Assembly: GCF_006345805.1 (NCBI RefSeq) | Contig: NC_043001.1 | Coordinates: forward strand, 70,556,001 to 70,620,000 | DNA length: 64,000 nt | Origin: Octopus sinensis | Taxonomy: Eukaryota | Reading direction: 5' to 3' | In this document: piece after piece, positions 1-12,513 of the stretch | Position numbering within the stretch: position 1 is the first letter of the stretch | How the letters are laid out: every line of letters begins with the position of its first letter | The notes under the pieces: model-generated | The model's database searches: none | Seen by the model: the letters and a program-made list of their open reading frames with translations, nothing else | What the model was told of the DNA's origin: nothing | Program-made: the position numbers and the translations under genes

Positions 1-290
1 ACTACCGATTTCCTTCGTAATATAGGGTTAACGGCGACCGTCGGAGAAATAAGTGCCGCGAGCTGGAATGACGCTGCAGTAAGTCCCGCTGACCATTCTC
101 GGTGGCAAAGCCACCGCCGACATAAGCGCGGGGTGCGGCTGAGCACACCATTTGTTCTGGGATATATGGCCCATTGCCCACTCTCTTCCATCTTCCACTA
201 TATTTCGCTCCTGTACCTTTTCTTTCTTTTCGTTTTTTTATCTTTTTTCTTTCCTGTTTCTTTGTATTTAAACATTCTAATAAAACCTCA
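1..290 (+). mobile_element. Possible 3' end of a non-LTR retrotransposon (ORF tail plus pyrimidine-rich 3' UTR), cut by the window edge
   Basis: The frame from base 1 reads TTDFLRNIGL..., resembling C-termini of I/Nimb-type ORF2. A GC-rich segment is followed by a T/C-rich tail. Weak similarity from memory only. Confidence 0.25.
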
Positions 291-361
291 TTACTCCAAA
301 GATATATAATCTTAAGTCACTAATATGCATCTCTATAATCAGCATGTAAGCTGAAAGAATA

Positions 362-600
362 CCGTCGTATACGTGTGTGTGCGTGTGAGTGTGTCTTTGT
401 GTCTCCTGTTACCGCTTGTCAACTGGTGTTCCTGTGTTTATTTCCCAGCAAATTAGCGATTTGGTAAGAGAGTTCGATAGAATCAGTTCCATGCTTTAAA
501 ACTAAGTACTGTGGTAGATTCATTCGGCTAAGACTTCTTCAAGGTGGTGCCCCAGCATGGCCGCAGTCTAATGACTGAAATAAGTAAATGATAAAAGATA
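362..600 (+). mobile_element. SINE family A, 3' half
   Basis: Matches the 3' body of the other family A copies: ...gtgc cccagcatggccgcagtctaatgactgaaa... Confidence 0.8.
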
Positions 601-815
601 TAAGCATATTTGGTAGAGTAAAAGCGCCATAGGAGACACAATTCTCGAACGTTAAAAGATAATTCAGTTAACGATAGCGTAACACTGTTGTGAGCAATAG
701 TAACTCTTGGTTGAGTGGTCCACAGAAGTGAGATTTTACTCTTATACGTTAGTAAGCAACTCAGTCAACGTGATAAAAGTATTCATGGTACAATTGGTTG
801 GACTTGACAAACGTG

Positions 816-1016
816 TTCTTTATTCTTTTATTCGCTTCAATCATTTGACTTCGGCCATGCTGGAGCACCACCTTTAGTCGAACAAATGGACCCCAGGACT
901 TATTCTTTGTAAGCCTAGTACTTATATTACTGGTTCTTTTGCTGAACTGCGAAGTTACGGAGACGTAAACACACCAACATTGGTTGTCAAGTGATGATGG
1001 GGACAGAGAGTCACAA

Positions 1017-1095
<79 letters not shown>

Positions 1096-1297
1096 TATAT
1101 ATATATTATATATATATATATATGTATATATATATACGACAGGCTTCTTTCAGTTTTCATCTACCAAATTCACTCAGAAGGCTTTGGACGGCCCGAGGTT
1201 ACAGTAGAAGATACCTGCCCAAGGTGCCACGCAGAATCCCACCCATGGTGAAACCGGAACCATGTGATTGGTAAGCAATCTACTTGACACACAGTCA
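816..1297 (-). mobile_element. tRNA-derived SINE family A, near full length, with internal (TA)n
   Basis: Same body as 17214-17632 and 20716-21116. The tRNA-like head lies at the right end on the - strand. Confidence 0.9.
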
Positions 1298-1480
1298 TTA
1301 CTTGTATTACTCATTGGATTCCGGCCATGCTGGGGCACCACCTAGAAGGAGTTTAGTTAACCGAATTCACTCCAATACTATTTTCTCTTTTTAATCTGGT
1401 ACTTCATCTATCGAGGTTGTTTTGCCGAACCACTAAGTCACGGGAATAGAAACAAAGCAACACCGGTTGTCAAGCGGCGT
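1298..1480 (-). mobile_element. SINE family A-related 3' fragment (diverged)
   Basis: ccggccatgctggggcacc ... ttttgccgaaccactaag ... ccggttgtcaagcg. Confidence 0.75.
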
Positions 1481-1542
1481 CAGGTGCAAAAACAAATTCA
1501 GCGACACGTACATATACACACACACCTACATACACACGTGCA

Positions 1543-1586
<44 letters not shown>

Positions 1587-1588
<2 letters not shown>

Positions 1589-1717
1589 ATTAAGAGGTGA
1601 CTCCATGCTCCTTACAACTCTAGAACTGGAGATTCACTATCGGATGCAGTGTAATGTCATACCCAGGATATAACTGTGTGGAAGCCCCTCGTATATAATG
1701 ATTGATATATATATATA

Positions 1718-1767
<50 letters not shown>

Positions 1768-1784
1768 ATATATATATATCTATA

Positions 1785-1822
<38 letters not shown>

Positions 1823-1934
1823 TTATATACGAGGGGCTTCCACACAGTTACATCCTGGGTATGACATTACACTGCATCCGATAGTGAATCTCCAGTTCTA
1901 GAGTTGTAAGGAGCATGGAGTCACCCCTTAATTA
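1587..1934. repeat. 116-bp inverted repeat (1587-1702 / 1819-1934) flanking an interrupted (TA)n tract
   Basis: Arms are reverse complements with 2 mismatches by eye. Confidence 0.95.
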
Positions 1935-3413
1935 GATTTATTCTGACCCCTGACGGTAGTAATTTTCAGGGTCCTATCTATGGGGCAAATAGGTTTTTGT
2001 AAGAGTAGATTTAGTGCCTTAGCTACGGTGAAAGCAATCAAGTTAGAAGAAAGAAAATTCCCAAATTAACATCCACTTCTAATATTCCTAAGTCAGCATG
2101 GAAAAGTATGACTGATACAACTAAAACATGAGGTATATCGAATGATCTTGATTCAGATCAAAGGGGATCACCTCTGAACCATGAACAGGCGACCAGGAGG
2201 GCTCAACAAAAGTTCCGAACCTGTGGTTCACTCTAACAATCTCGGACTCGAGTATGCCTTGAATGACCGAATACCGCAGATGCAACTATCTAATGTCGGT
2301 GCGCATTCTGCTGCAGGCGGAGATAGTGAGAAATATATGAATCAACAGTTTTCATTTACCAAATTCAATGTCAAGGCATTGGTTAGCAAGGTACTTTAAT
2401 AGAAAACCACGTAACTACAGACCGAGGTTCAAAATTATGAGGCATCATATGTAAGTGTTCGCACAGCACTCATGCACTTAGGACGCAGGATGCCAAAATT
2501 TTCATAGTGCATCACCTGTAACAGGTTATACCTGAAGTACCACGATCAGTACTCGAAGTAGGCCATGCAATTATTGTGTAGCTGGTTCCAGGTGGGAATT
2601 GTCTGGTCAGTGCTCACTGCTAATTGCGTACTTGGCACACAATCTCAGTTCTCTGTTAAATGTCTCTCTGGTACACAATCTACTGTACTATCATTTACAA
2701 TATCTTTTAAGCTATCTTGTCCCGCTTTCAATTCAATAATCCAAACTACTTTGAAATATTCATACATTTAGATACGTTTAGATCGTTTATAGGTATAACT
2801 TTTGAGTATATGCTGACAACCTTCTGGTTTTGATCTGTTTAATCTAAGCTCACATTCTATCATTTTGGAAAATATCCAAACATATATGTCGAATGTAATT
2901 AGCTTACTTGTTCATATTTTTAATATATTTCTGTTTATCTGAAAAATCAATATTGTAGGTGATGTGAGTAATCAATAATACAATATTATTTAAAGGAGAA
3001 AAATGAATTACAGAATCGGTAGAGTGTCAGTCTCATAGTCTTTCGGTATTTAATATTACAATTCATATCAGTCGGGGGACAGACTTGTCTTTGATAATAA
3101 GAATCATTCCCATCAATTGTAAAGTGCTGTAGCCCTGCCAGGTATGAGAGATTACTTATCAGTCGAGACATGGTCCAGCAATGTAAGAGTATAAGTGATA
3201 TTTTAGTCATGTAGAAGGATAATTCTCAAACATTACGGCGGGCATAGATATTAAGTAGTTTTAAAAGGAACCAATATTAGTTATGTGTTACAATTGAGGC
3301 GCAGGCTGGAAGTGTTATAAATATGAGGCCTGATTCGTTGACAATGCTGATAGTTCAAGTGTTGCTTGCTTGAGGAGTTTCAGGCTTGATTACTGAGCAA
3401 TTACACACACACA

Positions 3414-3471
<58 letters not shown>

Positions 3472-3639
3472 TGTATTCAGTATGTACGTGCGTAAGTATG
3501 TATATATGTTTCTTACAAAGATATCAAACTCCACCTTAGGAATGTAGATAACGAAAACAATGACACATTCTAAACTCGAGAAAGAAGTTGTGCATAGTTT
3601 ACTGTTCCGCTTACAAATTACGTTTGTTATGTGCGAATC

Positions 3640-4925
3640 AGTTGGTTGATTTCTTTTTCTGAAAATCCAAGTTGATCCAGACTGACAGTTAAGCATTTCC
3701 TTGCAAAACCAAGTGCTCCAATTATTATGGGAATAAATTTAAATTCGTAATCTGGATATCAAAGCTGGTGTTATCGAAGCAGTTGTCTATAGTTATCTTC
3801 TTTCCCTTTGATTTTCAAAGACATATTCTCATCTGTACGACAGCTGACTTCTATAACGGTACATACTTCTTCTTGTCTGTCCCAAACAACAATATCTGGC
3901 CTGTTATTCTTTCCCTAGACAGATGTTTTGATGTCCTCCCAGTATCCCTTGTTATGTTTTGCACATATTCAATAACAGAGGGATTCTCTATGCTTATTCC
4001 AGGACAGTATTTTTTTCCGAATGGCATTGTCTATTGTTTTTGAGACAACATCATATCGCATAGGGAGGTAGTACCTTGATGACATTTTTCAGCAGCTGCT
4101 AATCATATGCCTGATGTCTTCCACAAAAATATGACATATTCTACATTTACGATTGCAAAGGCTTTACTGTCTCTTTTGTTTATTAAGTATTTAGTAGCAA
4201 TCTCCTGTTCTTGGATTGCAAATGCGTAGCCTTAGAAGTGTGATGTAATGTAGCGGTCATGACTCCAAGAAATGCTTCGCTTTATATCAGTGTTATAATC
4301 TTCAAATCTTCGAGAAACATATCAATGCATGGTCTTTTCTTTTTGATTTTCTGAGGGTTTCACCTCCAGTTCTTCTTTGAGGTATCCTAGTTCGGCTGAT
4401 TTGGAATTGTAAAGGAGGTTATCAAAACGAGAGTACTTCTTGAGGAGCTCTCTTCTAATACGAAGGATATTCTTTTCTCCACTTTTCAACACTGAGTTAA
4501 TGTATAATTTTTGTTATTGTTGCTTAGTAAATGCTGTCTCAGAGAGAGAGAGAGTATGCGACACTCAAAGGCTGGTCTGCACTGATCTGCAGCCCATACC
4601 CATTTTATTTCTTCATAGGTAGAGCCTGACTACTATTTTTGTGGAGATTTCCAGTTGACGTTACAATATTGCAGGTAATGTGTATTGAGTGGTCTCCTAC
4701 AGATCAGTCAAGTATACCAAATGATGGAATCAGGAGTGGCACTGCAAATACATTGTGAGATATTGTTTTGTTGTAATAGGAGAGATCAGACTCTCATATT
4801 TTTCTTAGTCTCGTGTAATATTCTTGGGTCACTGTATTTTTATTCAAAGTACCTCGGTATGATAAATTTTCATCAATGCCTACGTACGTGTAGTATTCTT
4901 CGTGTGGGACAGGCGATATAGTGAG
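3640..4925 (-). mobile_element. Decayed R4/Dong-like non-LTR retrotransposon (RT C-terminal region to REL endonuclease)
   Basis: - strand fragments YTYVGIDENL..EYYTRLRKI*ESDLSYYNKT..VFAVPLL and NNRPDIVVWDRQEEVCTVIEVSC (PD-(D/E)xK-type REL motif); many stops. Confidence 0.75.
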
Positions 4926-5015
4926 ACCATTGATGCAAAAAGTTTAGTGCCAGGGGGAATGATTTTCCGTGTTCAAAAATTAAATACGAACATTTCATAT
5001 ATATATAAATGTATA

Positions 5016-5901
5016 CGAGGTCTGATCAATAAGTATATGTACTGTTAACAAAGTAACGAAGCTAAAGCACAGAGAGTGAAGCTACCTGGTATAAATTGAC
5101 CTTGAACGCTGTTCTGCATGAGGACTAAGTTTTAACGTTCTAGCTCACCTCCGCTATTTACAGTAGTTCTTTGAAGGAAGGTGTGTAACGTGTGATCGTC
5201 GCATTGCCCATGACTGAGAAAATTGTCATGGCGGTACCTGCTCAGATGCCTACGAACAGTTGCAGAAAGTGTATGGAAGGGAGTATATGAGCTGCACGCA
5301 AGTGTACGAGGGTTTCCGACGTTTCCAAGATGGTCGAAAAAATGTCCATATTGGCGAACGTTCTGGGAGACCCGCAACCAGCACAACTGAGAAAAACATC
5401 ACATATGTGCGTGCAGCTATGAGGAGAAAACGTCGAAACACCATCCGTGAGTTATCAGAGAATGTGTAGATTAGTTATGAATCAGTTCAGTCAATTATCA
5501 CTGAAGGTTTGGGCATGAGACGCGTTTCTGCCAAGTTTGTGCCAAACGTGCTTTCCACTAACCGAAGAGACACGGGTTTCCTTTGCACATAATCTGCTTG
5601 ATTTTGTCGAGAACGATAAAACATTTTTGAAAACTTTGAGTAGGCCTCTGAGCGGATATCACCAAGGTTTTGGAAAAATTTGATCCTCTGCTCAATTTTC
5701 TTTGTCATGGTCAATGCTAAGATCACCCGCTACACACCTTTATTCCAAGCACTGCTGTAAATAGCAGAAGTGTGTTAGAACGTTAAAACTTAGTGCGCAT
5801 ACACAGGAGAGCCCACCGCCAATCTGTGCCAAGTGATTTACTCTGCGTGCTTAAGCTTCGTCACTATGGCAACAGTGTGCATACTTATTGATCAGGCTAT
5901 G
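5016..5901 (+). mobile_element. Internally deleted mariner element with long imperfect terminal inverted repeats
   Basis: TA|CGAGGTCTGATCAATAAGTAT at the left end and ATACTTATTGATCAGG..|TA at the right end. Transposase fragments QKVYGRE..SCTQVYEGFRRFQDGR..RSGRP and LGMRRVSAKFVP. Confidence 0.9.
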
Positions 5902-5929
5902 TATATATGTGTATATATATAATATATAT

Positions 5930-5971
<42 letters not shown>

Positions 5972-6076
5972 ATAGGTAAAAACGGTAAGATAACAAAAGA
6001 AAGAAACAGATCTCAATATTATGTAAATAGAGGAAATTTATCTGTAAAATAATATGTGACAATTATTCAATAGCCA

Positions 6077-6139
6077 AGATAAAACTCTGAGTTTCGGATG
6101 CCGAAGTGGAAATCCACAACACCATCGCTTCGGTTATCT
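6077..6139 (-). ncRNA. Degenerate type I hammerhead-like motif
   Basis: AGATAA-CCGAAGC-GATG...CATC C-GAAA-CTCAGAG-TT-TTATCT; two core substitutions. Confidence 0.45.
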
Positions 6140-6143
6140 GGCC

Positions 6144-6206
6144 AGGTAACTGAAGAGACGGTGTTGTGGATTTCCACTTCGGCATCCGAAACTCAGAGTT
6201 TTATCT
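6144..6206 (+). ncRNA. Type I hammerhead-like motif
   Basis: AGGTAA-CTGAAGA-[GACG...CATC C]-GAAA-CTCAGAG-TT-TTATCT; helix I has 6 bp (one G-U); GUU triplet. Confidence 0.6.
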
Positions 6207-6239
6207 TGACTATTGAATAATTGTCACATATTATTTTAC

Positions 6240-6282
<43 letters not shown>

Positions 6283-7496
6283 TGTATGTATATATATATT
6301 TATACATATATATATATGTGTGTGTGTACGTGTTTGTGTGTGTGTCTGTATGTGTGTGTGCAGGTGTGTATTTATGACTATGTGTATTACATCGGAATGA
6401 GAAAGCGATGCTACAATACCTGGCTTGTATTAATTATAGTTAAGTAAACTAAAACAACATGGTAAGGCACAAGATGATGCCTGATGCAAGATTTGCTCTA
6501 CCATATACCAACATACTAGTAGAACCTAATAGTATACCAGCATATCAGTATCGTATAGAGTATATTGGTATAGACTGATGTGATATGATGTAGTGGTCTC
6601 TCTGTGTATACCTCGTCAGCATCAGCACTACACAATTCAACGATAACATTTGGATTTTCTAAGTGTGTTGCAATACGACAATTCGTGTGACGTGATCCTG
6701 CATGCGGGACTCCAAGTATTCATTTGAACTAGTGGGAATAACAACCAAATTTACCTCGAATTACATTCATATCTCGCAGTGAATACAGTTTATATGAGAT
6801 AATGTATATTGAAACAGAAGATGGGATGGTCAAAGATGGAGTCGCTTTGATCGCGTGTCTGCTTGAACAATACTGATTTGGAACTAAACAACAATAATAC
6901 CGGCAATACTAATGATACAAACAACGACAGCAGCAATTACAATCACACAACACTGAAGTGAATACATATGATGCACATTATCTCAAAGTGATCACATTTC
7001 TTTTCAATAGAAGCTTGTACAATAACAACATAAACATAATTGGGTAAACTCTAACAGTCACGGCTATCACACTAATCACACAGTCTACAGCGACAGCGAC
7101 AAGACAAATATTTAATCAATGCTAATCACAAATAATAACATGAATATACATAAAACATAAGAGTAAGATGAATTACGAGAATGATGGCAAGAATAAGAAT
7201 TGAGAGAGCGAGATGGTACACAAAATATATTGAACCACAATGTAAATAGACAAGTCGACTTTGAATAGAACTGCGTATGAAATTTATGGGATCCACTCAA
7301 CAGGACGTAAACAACAGATAAGAACCTATTCTAGGTGTAGCTTAGATTTCCGGGAACACACACACAACCCTTCTCTACCACTGCACACAAACAAACACAT
7401 ACTCACACACATATAATATATACGCACGCTCATATATATATAAACATATACACACATATATATATTTATATATTTATATGTATATATATATATATT

Positions 7497-7736
<240 letters not shown>

Positions 7737-7828
7737 GTGTGTACAAAACACACACACATATATAAATATATACGTATACAAAAATATATATACAGAAATA
7801 CATATACCTATAGACATATGCATATATA

Positions 7829-7875
<47 letters not shown>

Positions 7876-7923
7876 ATAATACATATATATATATACATAT
7901 ATACATACATATACATATATACA

Positions 7924-7961
<38 letters not shown>

Positions 7962-7969
7962 CATATATT

Positions 7970-8003
<34 letters not shown>

Positions 8004-8009
8004 ATATAT

Positions 8010-8216
8010 AACGGAAGCTTTATGAAAATAGACAAAAGACGAAGGCTGGTGGAAAACAAACAAACAATTGTATTAGTATGGCGCTCAGGAAATATAAATA
8101 AAACAAGTCTTTAACGTTTCGAGCCTACGCTCTTCAACAGAAAGATACACAGAGAAAAAAAACACAGAAAGAAGGAGAGAAAAAATGCGTGCAGTAACTA
8201 ACGAATCAACATGGCG

Positions 8217-8218
<2 letters not shown>
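8010..8218 (-). mobile_element. Short PLE terminal-repeat-like element carrying an HHR-like motif (8109-8144)
   Basis: - strand CTTT-CTGTTGA-A-GAGC GTAG GCTC-GAAA-CG-TT-AAAG; same family as 34583-34761 and 32954-33038; flanked by (TA)n. Confidence 0.65.
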
Positions 8219-8273
<55 letters not shown>

Positions 8274-8522
8274 TAAATATATTATAGTATAGATGGCCCA
8301 TTAGTAATTCAAACCTAAAGGTAAATTAATAAACAAGGGCACAAAACAGTACCAGCATTGCTAGAAAAAAGAGTCAAAAACGATTCACAAAGCCACCAAA
8401 AATGCGCTAACTCAATGAATTGACGAAACAGTGGAAGCGGGAATGCATCTTACCGTAGTGAGAACAAACTCACAAATGAAGTAATAGATATATACATCTC
8501 ACGTGATTTCGAGCTCTGATTA

Positions 8523-9312
8523 ATTCAGTCTTAGTTCTTGGTAGTGGATCTTCATCATCATCATTGTTCGACCGTGGTCGAGACAATGGAATTTACCATG
8601 CTACGCCAGACTTCACGGTCCATCATGGCATTACGGAGGTCCTGTTGCTGGATGCCTGTATCCCTGGAGATTACATCAGGGTAGGAGAGTGTGCGCCCTC
8701 TGGTATTGCGAGTAGATGGCTTCCAGAGGAGAAGAGTAGAAATTACCTCTTTTTCAGCTCTACAACAATGTCCAGCAAACTGGACGCTCTTACCTTTCAC
8801 AAGAGATGACACAGCTGGTAGTTTCCCATATATTCGCATTTTGGTTGGATGGCGCTTCCACGAGAGATTTTGAGCTCTCATAAGGAGGCGAGTGTAGGTT
8901 CCATCCAACCGCCTCTCAAGCTTCTTTGATAACGTATATATTTCTGTGCCATATAGTAGAATTGGTTCGACTGTGGCTTTGAAGATTTCAAGTTTGAAGT
9001 CTCTACTTAGATTTGATGACCAGATCTTATGCACAGTGGATCTTACTGTGCCTAGGTTTAAAGAGTAACTCGCCACGTCAAACTCATGAGAAAAACGTTG
9101 TAAAGCATCTGCGAATTCAAATCGGTAGGAGTGCATAGTATGAATAAAATAATATGATATATTAAATATATCGTAATATAGGTTACCCGTAAGCATTTCA
9201 AAACTAAAGAGAAATAATAAACACGCTTTTCGACGGTCTTTATCATGCGTTTGACGACGTGAGTTACTCTTTGACCCTAGTAAGATCCACTGAAGAGAAC
9301 TAAGATTGAATG
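8523..9312. mobile_element. MITE-like foldback element whose left arm is interrupted by an RTE insertion
   Basis: Left arm 8523-8552 plus 9045-9090 is the reverse complement of right arm 9243-9312 (tcttagttct..agtggatcttact..aaagagtaactc..cgtcaaac). Confidence 0.7.
8553..9034 (-). mobile_element. 5'-truncated RTE-clade LINE (ORF2 C-terminus)
   Basis: ORF 8561-9196 reads HKIWSSNLSRDFKLEIFKATVEPILLYG...FAGHC..DREVWR; (TGA)n tail; 10-bp target-site duplication AGTGGATCTT at 8543-8552 and 9035-9044. Confidence 0.9.
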
Positions 9313-9313
9313 A

Positions 9314-9340
<27 letters not shown>

Positions 9341-9344
<4 letters not shown>

Positions 9345-9553
9345 GTAAAGACCCCCTTCGGTCATGAATGATCATGGGATTGCACCTAGAAAGTTACCCT
9401 CCTAGACAAAAGTCCGGGCAAGGTTGTTTATAGGAAGCCAGCAGTCGCCCATGCATACCAGCCTCCCCTCTCCACGCCACCAGTGTTATCCAAGGGAAAG
9501 ACAAAGGTCAATACAGCTTGGCACCTGTGACGTCGCAACTCATTTCTACAGCT
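9341..9553 (-). mobile_element. SINE family C, 3' fragment
   Basis: GC-rich repeat-like block after (TA)n (aaaggtaaagacccccttcggtcatg...gtcgcaactcatttctacagct), recognised from memory of octopus repeats; single copy here. Confidence 0.55.
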
Positions 9554-9617
9554 AGAAATATAATTAATCAAATTATAATGAAATATAATTAATCAAAAAA
9601 CGGAGAGAAAAAGACAA

Positions 9618-9660
9618 GAACCTGAAGATTGCATAGCGTAATGCATGAAAGTACTTGCTC
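9618..9660 (+). ncRNA. Minimal type I hammerhead-like motif
   Basis: GAAC-CTGAAGA-T TGCAT AGCGTA ATGCA T-GAAA-GTAC-TT-GCTC; palindromic AGTACT helix III; helix I 3 of 4 bp; CUU triplet. Confidence 0.55.
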
Positions 9661-9806
9661 AATCAGAATGGACGTTTAATATTCTATCATTTCACTATAT
9701 TATATCATTTTATATTTTATTATTATAAGATTGTAAATAAAACGTGAAAATCAAAGTTGAATTTCTTTAAGTAGTATATTCTTCTACACACAATCATAGA
9801 CACCTG

Positions 9807-9862
<56 letters not shown>

Positions 9863-10003
9863 CATTGCTAACAAGACAAGCGAATTGAATAGTGTGTCAT
9901 TTAGTGTAAGTTCCATCAATGCCAGTTCAAATATTTGCCGTACGTTTAACTTTATTTGTACGTAGTTGTGTCAATGCACGTTATTTAGATTCTATTAGGA
10001 CTA

Positions 10004-10363
10004 TCTCTCTATATAAACGGCAGTTTGTCTGTGCGTTTTCTGTGTGTCTGTTTGCTTGTACCCTCACCCTGACCACGGCTTTCAACCGATTCTGATGAAA
10101 CTTGACACACACATAGCCCAATGTCATAATTCAAAACTAACGCAGTGAAAATTTTGAAAAGTTCCCCCAGTTCTGAAAAAAATCGATAAATCAGAAACAC
10201 AAACCGCAAACTGTCTAGGGGACGCAACTCCACCTTTTTTAACTAAAAACAAAATTTACCATCATTTTTTCCATTTTTTTGCTATTTTTTGGCTATAACT
10301 CTCTAAAAATGCTTTATAGTTATTTCCCTTACAAACCTGAGCAACGCCGGGCGATACTGCTAG
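10004..10363 (+). mobile_element. Non-autonomous Helitron
   Basis: Starts with TC after A (A|TCTCTCTATATAAACGG). Ends with GC-rich hairpin-like cctgagcaacgccggg followed by CTAG|T. No target-site duplication. Confidence 0.8.
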
Positions 10364-10394
10364 TTGTTCATAAATGCATATTTTTATTTAGTTG

Positions 10395-11050
10395 GCATTA
10401 GGAATAGCTGTGTGATAAGTAGCTTGCTTCCCAGCCACATGGTTCTGGGTTCAGTCCCTCTGCGTGGTACCTTGGGTAAGTGTCTTCTACTATAGCCTCG
10501 GGCCGACCAAATCTCGTCGTATATATATGTATATATATAAAATGTGACCGAGTGTGTACCATTGGCGATTTTTTTCCTCTGTCTTCCCTTCCTTGAATCT
10601 TTCCTTTTCCTATGTTTCTGACAAAGAGCTCCGCTCGAAACGTTAAATCTTCCTTCCTTTCCTTTCCTGAGCGTCCAATAACACTATACTTGTTCCACGT
10701 CGTCGCGTTGTTGTGTTTTCTCTTTGTGTTTTCATGTTTGATTAACTATATATATATATGTATATACGTATGTATGTATGTATGTATGTATGTATGTATG
10801 TATGTATGTATGTATGTATGTATGTATGTATGTATATCTTTGCGTGTCTTTGTCTCCCCCACATTGCTTGATAACCGATTCTGGTGTGTTTAAGTTCACG
10901 TCAATTAGCGGTTCGGCAAGAGAGACCGATAGAATAAATACTAGGCTTACAAAGAATAAGTCCTGGGGTCGATTTGCTTGACTAAAGGCGGTGCTCCAGC
11001 ATGGCCGCAGTCAAATGACTGAAACAAATGAAGGAATAAAAGAATAAAAG
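10395..11050 (+). mobile_element. SINE family A, interrupted in its internal microsatellite by the element at 10543-10747
   Basis: Head 10395-10520 (tagctgtgtg...ggttcagtccc) and body 10840-11050 match the other copies. Confidence 0.9.
10543..10747 (+). mobile_element. Short PLE terminal-repeat-like element with HHR-like motif (10614-10648)
   Basis: GTTT-CTGACAA-A-GAGC TCC GCTC-GAAA-CG-TT-AAAT; same family as 40481-40693, 53539-53740, 56961-57050 and 59640-59825. Confidence 0.7.
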
Positions 11051-12373
11051 AAAAAAATTAATATAATTTATAACTAAACAATTTTGCCTGTTCATTAGCT
11101 GGTTGACGATACTAAAAATTATACAGTTAACAGATATTGTTAGAGTTGAATGTACAGTGCGTTGATTCCACATCATTTAAAGTAAGTTCAGATATATTTA
11201 CTAACACAATTTTACTCAGCCAGAGTACGAAGAAATTTGAAGGGGTCTTTCTAGGTTAGAATATTTCGGCTGCAATTGAACGGTGTTGGTCTCTTAGACA
11301 ATTTCACAAAGCAGCAACACAGGTGGCAAGATAGATAATTCGCGTCAAGCATACAGTCGAGTGTCGCACAGCACCGAAAGTTAACTGATTTTATGGAGCC
11401 ATGTTACATATCTGTTTATGTGTATGCCATATAATTTTAACTGTGTGCCAGTGGACCATGGTCACCATATGCAGAAGGGAAATAACTGCGTAAGAGAAAG
11501 GCAGAGATTGTGTGAACTGTAATTATGATTGGTTCAACTATATTTATGATGCAAGTCTTTGCCGTTTTAAAAGGAGTAGCGTTTGATTTCTTTGTACTCT
11601 TGATTTGTTCTTGGTGGTTGGTTACACATGCCAATTATCCTTAGCTGACCTTCAAGATTCGGCCCGATGTGCAGACATACGCTTTGGTTCACATATACTT
11701 CCGTAGACGCACCAACGCTCGAACACACTCACGCACGCGCGTGTGCATCTGTATGTGCGTTTGTGTGTTTTTGAGTGCGCGTGCGAGTGTGTCTGTATTC
11801 GTGTGAGTGTATGTGCCCGAGCGCCACGCATCCATTTCCAAGTAGTTTATCTTAGCATTTTTGATTCGACTCTACCCTATACTGTTCTCTCTTCCCCAAC
11901 CCTCTTCTCTCTTATCATTTCTCTAATTCCTTTTCTTTCTCCCATTCACCATTTTGTTCCATCTGTCTCTCCATCTATCTTTTCTCTTGTCAAAGAAAAC
12001 ATTTCTCCAGCATTCGCTATTTTACCTTCGTCTAGTCTAACGACCCTCCATGATTCTTTTCTTTTGGTTCCTTGTATGTCTCCACTGTCACGATTTTGTT
12101 ACCAACTTTGTCTCTCCGCAAATCTCAAATTATATTTTGGGTTTTATCTGAGCGTCTACCTTCGAAGACTCATATTGTCGTTCAATGCTCGAAATGAGGA
12201 GTAGATGGACAGCCGGAAATTGATGAAGGGTCGTTCTTTATATTAATTGTCATCTTTTCCATTTGTTTCTCTCGTTGTTTGCTATTCAACACTTGTTTTC
12301 ATATTTCATGTTGTTTACGGTTTGTGACGTCCTATAGCCATATATTCATGTGTATATATATGATATATATATA

Positions 12374-12459
<86 letters not shown>

Positions 12460-12513
12460 GTGTGTGTATCTTTGTATCTAACTACGATTATATATATGTG
12501 TGTGTGTGTGTGT

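Larger units (their letters stand above)
6040..6243. repeat. 204-bp palindrome centred on TGGCCA (6139-6144), made of two back-to-back copies of a PLE terminal-repeat segment
   Basis: Arms are reverse complements with few mismatches; homologous to 57060-57150. Confidence 0.95.
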
